This document shows positions 10,316-18,495 of a stretch of DNA of 64,000 bases, piece by piece. The notes beneath the pieces were generated by a model, which saw only the letters and a list, made by a program, of their open reading frames with translations, was not told the DNA's origin and ran no database searches. A program made the translations under genes and the position numbers. The first letter of the stretch is position 1; each line of letters starts with the position of its first letter. Origin of the DNA: Bacteroidales bacterium (GTDB lineage Bacteria > Bacteroidota > Bacteroidia > Bacteroidales > FEN-979); assembly GCA_035403225.1 (NCBI GenBank), contig DAONET010000002.1, positions 62,443-126,442 on the forward strand. The letters are read 5' to 3'.

Positions 10316-11806
10316 TCATTTTACAGGAAGAAGGAGGTTTTCATTGACATCCGTAGCCCACTTGGGGATAGGGAATTTATTTCTCTCCGATCCATGGGCT
10401 TCTTTTTCCCACCATGAGTTACCGAACAATCCGAAACGGATGAGATCCTGGCGCCGATGGCCTTCGCAATAGAGCTCCCTTCCCCGTTCAGCGAGCAACT
10501 GCTCCAGCGTGGTACCGGTCCATGCTGAAACGCCGGCTCTCAGTCGGATCGGATTAACCCACTCGTCGCCGTTGCGGCCCATTCTGATCTCTACTTCGGC
10601 TTTCATCAGGTAGAAATCCGTCAGGCGGAACAACGGGAAGTCATTGCTCAGGTTCTCCTTGGCCCCCATTTTGATCTCATATTTCTGGAGACGCGCTCCC
10701 GTAGTCCTGATCTGTACCGTAGAAAATTGCGGGACTTGCATAGTCAGCGCCGGCAGGTACGGATTAATATCCAGGGGAACTTTTGTTTCTCCGTCGATAA
10801 TCTGCGTTCCGTTCGCCGCATACTGCGGTCCGAAGATATTATACCCCTCCCGGCGAAGATCATTCGGTTCGTAAGTATCGAAGAACGTCGGTACAATGGC
10901 GAGCCCGTTCCACGGGCCGACCGGCATATTGTACTTCAGGTTATGCTGGTAATGCAAGGTCCTCATGTGAATCCGGAAGCCCTGAAAATTATCTTCATCA
11001 TAAGGAATGGAGAAGATGATCTCTCTCGAATTTTCATTGTTCGTTTTAAACGGGGCCAGAAAATCGGACTCAAGACTGTAAGGTCCGGCAATCACACTGT
11101 CGCAGTACTGACCTGCTTTTTCCCATTGTGCGGTACCGGTATATACCTCCGCGTTCAGATAGAGTTTGGCTAACAGGGCAAAGGCAGCATATCGGTTCAT
11201 CATGTATTTCAGGTCCTGTGCTTTCAGGTACGGTAGCGCATTTTCAACGGTGGTGGTGATGGAATCGAAAATGGCTTCCCGGGAAATTTTAAAGGGTTTT
11301 TCCGGAGCATCAACAGTGGTAGTCAGATAGGGGGCATCGCCATAATTGTCAATAAGCAGGTAATAATAGAATGCCCGCATCACTTCCACTTCTTTAATTT
11401 TCTTCAGGAGAGTCTCGCTTTCCGGGATGGTTTTCATCAGGTCGAGCCGTTGGTTGCAAGTCGTGATCCCGTCCCAGAAAACATACCACATGCGGTTGAC
11501 ACCTTCCACATCGTTGGTCCAGGTATGTTTGTACATATTTACCCATTTCCCTCCATCGTACCAGTCGGCGCCCCTCGTTGGGCCGCAAAATTCATCAGAG
11601 GTCAATTCCTGGGCAAGAAACCACCATCCCTCATCATCAGCAAAGGGCTGAAGCTTGGCGTAGGCTTCCGCCGGAAGGTTAGCTATCTGGGCATCGGTCT
11701 CGGGATAAATATCCCCGGGGATCTTATCATAAACGGTCTCATCCAGTTTAGTACAGGACAGGATGGAAGCAACCGCCGCTAACAGGAAAAAATATCTCGT
11801 TTTCAT
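10316..11806 (-). CDS. susD: SusD/RagB-family nutrient-binding outer-membrane lipoprotein
   Basis: 496 aa with lipobox ILSCTK. It has TPR-like helical content and sits 11 bp downstream of susC. Confidence 0.9.
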   Translation of the reverse strand: MKTRYFFLLAAVASILSCTKLDETVYDKIPGDIYPETDAQIANLPAEAYAKLQPFADDEGWWFLAQELTSDEFCGPTRGADWYDGGKWVNMYKHTWTNDVEGVNRMWYVFWDGITTCNQRLDLMKTIPESETLLKKIKEVEVMRAFYYYLLIDNYGDAPYLTTTVDAPEKPFKISREAIFDSITTTVENALPYLKAQDLKYMMNRYAAFALLAKLYLNAEVYTGTAQWEKAGQYCDSVIAGPYSLESDFLAPFKTNNENSREIIFSIPYDEDNFQGFRIHMRTLHYQHNLKYNMPVGPWNGLAIVPTFFDTYEPNDLRREGYNIFGPQYAANGTQIIDGETKVPLDINPYLPALTMQVPQFSTVQIRTTGARLQKYEIKMGAKENLSNDFPLFRLTDFYLMKAEVEIRMGRNGDEWVNPIRLRAGVSAWTGTTLEQLLAERGRELYCEGHRRQDLIRFGLFGNSWWEKEAHGSERNKFPIPKWATDVNENLLLPVK

Positions 11807-11817
11807 AGCTGTCGTTA

Positions 11818-14800
11818 TTAGAATTTAACCTTTAAACCTACCGTGACGGCACGTGTTTTGGGGTATACATTGTATTGATCAATACCGAAGGACAACCCAT
11901 CGGTCTTGGTCTCGGGATCCACGCCTGAATAGCCGGTGATGGTGAAGACGTTGTTGGCAGCGATGAACACGTTGATCTGATCAATCCACCTGATCTTTGA
12001 AACATCAAAATCATAGGTGAGCGCGATATAATCGAGTTTGAGGAACGACGCATTTTCCACATAGATATCGGCAATGCTGGCGCTTGAAGTCCTTCCCTTG
12101 TTATACCAGTCGATGGCGCTGGGCACCCCGTTCAGCGAAGGGAGGTTCCCCGGATAATCGAAAAACATCTCCGTAGCGTTGTAAACATGGTTCCCGATCC
12201 AGGCACGCAACGAAAAGTCAAGTTTCCAGTGCTTATAGAAGGTGAAGTTATTTGACCACCCGATTTCAACCTTGGGGGCAGCTGTTCCGATGATCTCCCG
12301 TTTTGCTTCGGCCAGGTTGGTAGTATAACCGCCCGAAAGAGATTTATAAACCACCTCCCCGTCTTCGGTCAATGTCACATATACCGGCAGGTAAAATGTA
12401 CCTGTTTCTTCACCGACCATAATCCCGGTAACCCAGTATTCCGTTCCGACCATCCCCCTGCCGGAGATATAACCCTCATGACGGATATTCTCCGTGAAAT
12501 AATCTCCCAGGTCCAGGATCTCCGTCCGGTTATGCGCAACCGTCAAGGCTGATTTCCAGGCGATATTCTTTTTATTGATGATGTAAGCCTGCAGGAACAA
12601 TTCGATCCCTTTGCTCCCCATGGAACCGGAATTAGCATAGGTCGTTTGTGCCTGGTTGGGAGGAACCGATACGGAATACTGACCCAGCAGGTCATCGGTG
12701 CGCTTGATATAATATTCAATACTTCCGCTGATCTTTTCATTCAGGAAAGCAAAATCGGCCCCGAAGTTCAGTTCGGAAGTTTCTTCCCATTTCAGGTCAG
12801 GGTTGCTGTTCCAGGCCGGTTGAAAAGCGATGATATACTGGCCCGTTTCCGGATTGATCGTTTTTTTGAACGGTTGCCATAAAGCCATGCTGCGGTACTC
12901 ACCGATCTTATCATTCCCTGATACCCCGTAACTGACTCTCCACTTCCATTGATTCAGCCATCTCAGCGAATGCATAAAGTTCTCTTTCTCCATGCTCCAG
13001 CCAATAGCGGCCGTCGGGAACCATCCCCACTTGTGGTTAGACCCGAATTTCGAGGAACCATCTCGGCGAAGGGAAGCAGAGACATAATACTTGCTCGCGT
13101 AATTGTACTGTACGCGCCCGAAGAACCCGATCAGGGTCGATTCCCCCCTCCACGAACTGATATCTCCCCAGATAACGTCAACCAGCGTTTGCAGATTCTC
13201 CGGTCCGGAATAAGGTGAATTGGCATCTCTCGCCTGGGCGAAAAACCCGTTGTATTCATCCATCTGCCACGAATACCCGACAAGAGCATTCAGGTTGTGT
13301 TTCACGTTAAAGGTTTTGATATAATTCCCGGTAACCTCGATCAGTTTGTTGGAGGTGTTGTCATATTGTTTCTTGGCAAACCCGTTGTCGGCCGTAGCAT
13401 ATAAATTGGCGGGCCGGAAATAGTTGGTCGTTTTATCTTCCATGGTGTAACCCAGGTTCAGGCTTCCGATCAACCCGGGAATGAATTCGACATCGGTCTT
13501 CAAGCCCCCCAGGAATTTCTTGGCATCACGAGTGTTCGTGATTTCATTGATGATCGACAGTGGATTCTCATAGTTAAAGACCCGGATGGTTTTATAATAC
13601 GATCCGTCCTTATTATAAACCGGGTCGGTCGGGTTCCGGGATATAGCCTGATAAATCACATCATCCTTGTCCCAGCCATCATAATTTTCCAGGTCGTTGT
13701 TTTCAATGGCCCCCATCAGGTTCCCGGTAAAAGTTATCCGATCCTTCCAGGTCTTATGGGTGAAGTTGATCCTGGCGGTGGTCCGCTCCTTGGAAGTTCC
13801 TTTCATCACCCCTTCCCAGTAAGAATGATTGACTGAACCCATGTACGAGTTCTTTTCATTTCCCCCGGAAATACTTAACGTGTTCGAGGTCGATACTCCT
13901 GTCCGGTAGATCTGATCCTGCCAGTCGGTGCTGGCTCCGCCGTCGATAAACACGCTGTCCATGGTATACTCCGGATGCTTGATCTGCGCTTCTGTTAGTA
14001 GTTGGTAGGCAAATCTTCTCATCTGAAATGCAGACAGGACATCCAGTTTCTTGGCTACTTTTTCGAAGGAAACCTGGGTAGAAAACTCAATGTTGCTGAA
14101 AGCGCCCGCTGCTTTTCCGGTAGGGATTCCTTTCTTCGTGGTGATAATGATAACGCCGTTGGAACCCTGCGATCCGTAAATAGCTGTGGAAGCGGCATCC
14201 TTTAATACATTGTACGTCTCAATGTCATCCGAGGCGATCATGGTCGGGTCGGCATTTGGGATCCCGTCAATGACATACAGGGGCTGCGTGTTGGCATCAT
14301 ATCCCGATGCCCCTCTGATACGGACCGAATAGCCTTCGGTCGGGTCCCCTCCTTTTTTGGAAACGGATACACCGGCTACTTTCCCCTGCATGGCCTGGAT
14401 CGGGTCGGTGATAACCCCTCCGTTCAACTCATCCGATTTTACCATGCTCACTGCTCCGGTCTTGTCGGTCTTCTTCTGCGTACTGTACCCGATCACGATC
14501 AGTTCGTCCAGGGTGCTGACTTCTTCGTCCATCAGAACATTCAGCGCCCCTTCATGTTTCACCAGAATCTCCTGCGTGGTAAATCCGACGTAGGAAAAAA
14601 CCAGGACCGAATCTTTCGGCAGAGAGATCCTGTACTTACCATTAACATCCGTCACGGTGCCATTGGTAGTACCTCTTTGTAATACGGTAACCCCGATCAG
14701 GGTAATTCCCGTGGAACGTTCCTTGACTGTTCCACTCACCTCCACGTTCTGTGCGATAAGACCTGGCAGTGTCACGAGTAGAAAACTGGAAAAAAGGAGG

Positions 14801-14832
14801 CTCCGGATTGTACTGCGTAAATGTCTTTCCAT
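11818..14832 (-). CDS. susC: SusC/RagA-family TonB-dependent outer-membrane transporter
   Basis: 1004 aa. It has an N-terminal carboxypeptidase-regulatory-like domain (VSGTVKERSTGITLIGVTV), a plug domain and a C-terminal barrel ending ...VGLKVKF. Confidence 0.95.
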   Translation of the reverse strand: MERHLRSTIRSLLFSSFLLVTLPGLIAQNVEVSGTVKERSTGITLIGVTVLQRGTTNGTVTDVNGKYRISLPKDSVLVFSYVGFTTQEILVKHEGALNVLMDEEVSTLDELIVIGYSTQKKTDKTGAVSMVKSDELNGGVITDPIQAMQGKVAGVSVSKKGGDPTEGYSVRIRGASGYDANTQPLYVIDGIPNADPTMIASDDIETYNVLKDAASTAIYGSQGSNGVIIITTKKGIPTGKAAGAFSNIEFSTQVSFEKVAKKLDVLSAFQMRRFAYQLLTEAQIKHPEYTMDSVFIDGGASTDWQDQIYRTGVSTSNTLSISGGNEKNSYMGSVNHSYWEGVMKGTSKERTTARINFTHKTWKDRITFTGNLMGAIENNDLENYDGWDKDDVIYQAISRNPTDPVYNKDGSYYKTIRVFNYENPLSIINEITNTRDAKKFLGGLKTDVEFIPGLIGSLNLGYTMEDKTTNYFRPANLYATADNGFAKKQYDNTSNKLIEVTGNYIKTFNVKHNLNALVGYSWQMDEYNGFFAQARDANSPYSGPENLQTLVDVIWGDISSWRGESTLIGFFGRVQYNYASKYYVSASLRRDGSSKFGSNHKWGWFPTAAIGWSMEKENFMHSLRWLNQWKWRVSYGVSGNDKIGEYRSMALWQPFKKTINPETGQYIIAFQPAWNSNPDLKWEETSELNFGADFAFLNEKISGSIEYYIKRTDDLLGQYSVSVPPNQAQTTYANSGSMGSKGIELFLQAYIINKKNIAWKSALTVAHNRTEILDLGDYFTENIRHEGYISGRGMVGTEYWVTGIMVGEETGTFYLPVYVTLTEDGEVVYKSLSGGYTTNLAEAKREIIGTAAPKVEIGWSNNFTFYKHWKLDFSLRAWIGNHVYNATEMFFDYPGNLPSLNGVPSAIDWYNKGRTSSASIADIYVENASFLKLDYIALTYDFDVSKIRWIDQINVFIAANNVFTITGYSGVDPETKTDGLSFGIDQYNVYPKTRAVTVGLKVKF

Positions 14833-14900
14833 AAAACAGCTTTTTTTGAGTGTTACAATAATACGTCTATCTATCTACATTCATTGATTTACAGATAAAA

Positions 14901-14908
14901 CAAATATA
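14901..14908 (-). promoter_or_regulatory. Candidate Bacteroidota -7 box (TATATTTG on the minus strand) for susC
   Basis: Plus-strand CAAATATA is the reverse complement of the TAnnTTTG consensus. It lies 69 nt upstream of the susC start. Confidence 0.35.
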
Positions 14909-14973
14909 CGAAAGAAGTCCACCAATTTCAATATTCGTTTTAAAAAATCTACCTATAAAGGTGAAAATCAGAT

Positions 14974-14981
14974 TACTTTTG
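14974..14981 (+). promoter_or_regulatory. Candidate Bacteroidota -7 box TACTTTTG for the T9SS amylase gene
   Basis: Matches TAnnTTTG and lies 20 nt upstream of ATG 15001. Confidence 0.4.
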
Positions 14982-15000
14982 TAGTAAGAAACGATATGTC

Positions 15001-17799
15001 ATGAAAAGGTTATATATATCCATATCTACAGGCATTATCAGTGTTTTTATAACCGGAATTTGCCTGGCACAAACCGTGATGACGATCCCGGTTTATCCTG
15101 TTGACACCGATTCATGCAAGGTGATCTTTGACGCGACCCAAGGCAATGGTGAACTGGCCAATGAACCTCCGCCCCTATATGCACACACGGGCGTGATCAC
15201 CAGTCAGAGCAGCAATCCGTCGGATTGGAAATATGTGATCGCCAATTGGAACGAAAACACCGAAAAAGCCCGGATGACTTCGTTAGGCAACAATCTCTGG
15301 CAGTTGCGGATAACCCCTTCTATCCGTGAATTCTACGGCGTTCCTGCAGGGGAGACCATCCAGAAACTGGCATTTGTGTTTCGCAATTCCGACGGTTCAA
15401 AGGTTGGCCGGGAGGCGAATGGCGGGGATATCTTTGCCGATGTTTACCCTGATACGTTTAGTATCAACATCACCTCCCTCACGTTGGATAACCTTATCCT
15501 GCAAGCGCAGGATTCCATCCCGGTTTCCGCCGTCAGCCCTTTTGCCGACAGCATGTTCCTGTATGTCGATAACACCCTGGTGAAGAAAGTGGCCGGGATC
15601 AACATTACCGATACTTTGCCTGCCGGCGATTTCGGGATGATATGGGTCAAACACCAGATCCGCATCACCGCAAAAAACGATACATCCACGGTATCTGATT
15701 CTGTTTCTTTCCAGATCGTCCCCGACCCTTCGGTAGCGGAACTGCCCGGCGGGATCATCGACGGGATCAACTACCTCGACTCCGCCACGGTGACACTGTG
15801 CTTGTATGCTCCGGAAAAAAAATTCTGTTTTGTCATTGGCGACTTCACTAACTGGGAAGCCGACTCTCTCCGGTATATGTACCTGACACCCGACGGAAAA
15901 CGATTCTGGTTACATATCACCGGACTTGAGCCCGGCAAAGAGTATATCTTTCAATACATGGTCGACGGCGTCCTCCGTATCGCTGATCCCTACACCGAAA
16001 AAATCAGTGACCCCGACGACCAGTATATCTCTTCCTCCACCTACCCGGGCTTGTTGCCATATCCAACGGAAAAAACAACGCAGATTGCTTCCATACTCCA
16101 GACAGCACAGACTCCGTATCCGTGGGATACCGGCACCTTCACTCCTCCCGCTGTCACAGATCTGGTCATCTATGAGCTGCTGCTTCGTGACTTCGTTAGC
16201 GCTCACGATTATGTTACGCTGGAAGATACGCTTGATTACCTCTGCCGGCTGGGAGTAAATGCCGTTGAACTGATGCCGGTCATGGAGTTCGAAGGCAACA
16301 GCAGCTGGGGATACAACCCCGATTTCCTCTTTGCCCCTGATAAATATTACGGTCCGGCAAACACACTCCGTCATTTTGTGGAAACGGCCCATCAGAAAGG
16401 TATCGCTGTCATACTCGACATCGTCCTTAATCATCAGTTCGGACAATCGCCGCTGGTGAGGCTTTACTGGGACGACGCCAACGACCGGCCTTCGTGGAAC
16501 AGTCCCTGGTTCAATCCTATTCCCAAACACCCGTATAACGTGGGATACGATTTTAATCACGACAGTCCCGACACCAAAGCTTACTGCAAACGGGTACTAA
16601 AACACTGGATCACAGCGTATCATATTGACGGCTTCCGGTTCGACCTCTCCAAAGGATTTACACAGGTAAACTCCTACCCCGATGATGTTCCACTTTGGGG
16701 AAATTACGATGCCAACAGGGTTTCCATCCTGAATAATTACCTGATCGCCATGCGATCGGTCAAACCCGATATCATCCTCATCCTGGAACATTTTGCCGAT
16801 AACGACGAAGAGAAGGATCTCGCGGAAGACGGAATGCTGTTATGGGGAAACCTGAATAACCCTTATGCGGAGGCAGCCATGGGATATCATTCCGGCGGAA
16901 TCTCCGACTTCTCCGGAATATCCTACCTCGACAGGGGATGGTTCTACCCTCATCTTACAGGCTATATGGAGAGCCATGATGAAGAGCGGCTGATGTACAA
17001 ATGCCTTACCTGGGGCAACAGTCAGGGGTACTATCTTGTGCAGGATACCAACACTGCGCTGAAACGGATCGAAATGAATGCTTCATTTTTCTTCACGGTT
17101 CCCGGGCCTAAAATGATTTGGGAGTTTGGTGAATTGGGATACGATTATTCGATTGATTGGGGTGGTGGCCGTCTCTCGCCCAAACCACCGCGATGGGATT
17201 ACCAGAACCAATGGCGACGCGGTTATCTGAATAAAGTCTTTGCCACCCTGATCAGTCTGAAAAAAAATCAGGATGTATTCAGAACGACAAATTTCACGAT
17301 GGATGTTTCCGGCCCTATGAAAAGGATCAACCTGAACCATTCATCCATGGATGTGACCATCATAGGCAACTTCGACGTCCAATCCGGGAATATCATTCCG
17401 CAGTTTCAACGCTCCGGTACCTGGTATGATTACTTTTCGGGAGACTCGATTTCGGTTTCAAGCCTTACCGATGCAATCACTCTGTCAGCCGGCGAGTACC
17501 ACCTGTACACATCCAAACGGTTGCAGAAACCTGCTTTTACGGCCATAGATGAATTCCCCTCCCCCGAATCTGCCTCCGGGAAAGCAGTTGTTTTTCCCAA
17601 TCCGTTCACCGATGCGATAACCGTCATGTCCGATATCCCGGTAACACGGCTGGAGGTATACCATCTCACCGGCATCCTGCTTTTTGCTATCGACAACGCC
17701 ACCCGGGCAGACTTGTCCGGTCTCCCTGCAGGTTTCTATTACCTGAAGATTTACTATTCAGATTGCCATACGGCTATGGTGAAGCTGATCAAACAATGA
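15001..17799 (+). CDS. GH13 alpha-glucan hydrolase (pullulanase/amylase-like) with CBM48 and T9SS C-terminal sorting domain
   Basis: 932 aa with a signal peptide. It has a CBM48-like segment (FVIGDFTNWEADS...YIFQYMVDG) and GH13 motifs AVILDIVLNHQ, GFRFDLSKG and YMESHDE. The C-terminal ~75 aa (VVFPNPFTD...FYYLKIY...) look like a type-A Por/T9SS CTD. Confidence 0.85.
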   Translation: MKRLYISISTGIISVFITGICLAQTVMTIPVYPVDTDSCKVIFDATQGNGELANEPPPLYAHTGVITSQSSNPSDWKYVIANWNENTEKARMTSLGNNLWQLRITPSIREFYGVPAGETIQKLAFVFRNSDGSKVGREANGGDIFADVYPDTFSINITSLTLDNLILQAQDSIPVSAVSPFADSMFLYVDNTLVKKVAGINITDTLPAGDFGMIWVKHQIRITAKNDTSTVSDSVSFQIVPDPSVAELPGGIIDGINYLDSATVTLCLYAPEKKFCFVIGDFTNWEADSLRYMYLTPDGKRFWLHITGLEPGKEYIFQYMVDGVLRIADPYTEKISDPDDQYISSSTYPGLLPYPTEKTTQIASILQTAQTPYPWDTGTFTPPAVTDLVIYELLLRDFVSAHDYVTLEDTLDYLCRLGVNAVELMPVMEFEGNSSWGYNPDFLFAPDKYYGPANTLRHFVETAHQKGIAVILDIVLNHQFGQSPLVRLYWDDANDRPSWNSPWFNPIPKHPYNVGYDFNHDSPDTKAYCKRVLKHWITAYHIDGFRFDLSKGFTQVNSYPDDVPLWGNYDANRVSILNNYLIAMRSVKPDIILILEHFADNDEEKDLAEDGMLLWGNLNNPYAEAAMGYHSGGISDFSGISYLDRGWFYPHLTGYMESHDEERLMYKCLTWGNSQGYYLVQDTNTALKRIEMNASFFFTVPGPKMIWEFGELGYDYSIDWGGGRLSPKPPRWDYQNQWRRGYLNKVFATLISLKKNQDVFRTTNFTMDVSGPMKRINLNHSSMDVTIIGNFDVQSGNIIPQFQRSGTWYDYFSGDSISVSSLTDAITLSAGEYHLYTSKRLQKPAFTAIDEFPSPESASGKAVVFPNPFTDAITVMSDIPVTRLEVYHLTGILLFAIDNATRADLSGLPAGFYYLKIYYSDCHTAMVKLIKQ

Positions 17800-17830
17800 T
17801 CAGGTCTTTCTTTTCCTGAAAGCCGGGCAT

Positions 17831-17866
17831 AAAAAAAAACCGCCCCGGTGCAGGGCGGTTTTCTTT
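17831..17866. terminator. Bidirectional rho-independent terminator
   Basis: An A-run precedes stem AACCGCCC (17838-17845) pairing with GGGCGGTT (17853-17860), followed by TTTTCTTT. It lies between convergent genes. Confidence 0.8.
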
Positions 17867-17883
17867 AAAAGATCCGAAAAATT

Positions 17884-18447
17884 CTATTCACGGGTATAGG
17901 TGATCTTTAACGACCCCGCCGGGAGTTTCTCAATAATTACAAGTTGTGTCTCGGTAAGTTCAAGGACCTTCAGCGTGTATTTTTCTTTGTTTTTTATATT
18001 GCGGACCACTATTTTCTTCCCACTGGCTTTCATCTTCCACGATGCTTTGATGATATTTTTGCGGTACTCTTTCATGGCCGTATGATCAGCAAAGATGGTC
18101 AGAGGGGCACGTTCTTCCCCGCGAATGAATCGTTCCAGTTTATCGCCTTCTGATCTTTCGGAAGTCTCTTTGCCTCCCTTGTCCGAAACAACTTTCCCGG
18201 TTTGGGCAGGCTGGCCTGACTGCGTATTTTCTTTTGCCTGTCCTTCAGGAGCTGGTGTACCCGGAATTTTTTTGTCCATAGCTGCGTTCCCGGCTGCTTG
18301 TGGAATGTCAATTCGTTCCACACTAACAGGTTTCCATTTCCCGACCAGGAGTTGTTCTTTGGAGGTTAACTTGCCAGCAGAGGCCATAAACGTAGTAAAA
18401 ACTACCAGGATGAGGGTTGTTGAGAGGTATTTTTTCATATTGTGCAA
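17884..18447 (-). CDS. Hypothetical secreted protein (lipocalin-like ends split by a low-complexity insert)
   Basis: 187 aa with a signal peptide. I recognise no family. The start is probably MKKYL at 18438. Confidence 0.5.
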   Translation of the reverse strand: MHNMKKYLSTTLILVVFTTFMASAGKLTSKEQLLVGKWKPVSVERIDIPQAAGNAAMDKKIPGTPAPEGQAKENTQSGQPAQTGKVVSDKGGKETSERSEGDKLERFIRGEERAPLTIFADHTAMKEYRKNIIKASWKMKASGKKIVVRNIKNKEKYTLKVLELTETQLVIIEKLPAGSLKITYTRE

Positions 18448-18495
18448 TTTTTAAAGGTAGATTAAGAAACGAGAAGAAAGTCGTTTTATTATTTT

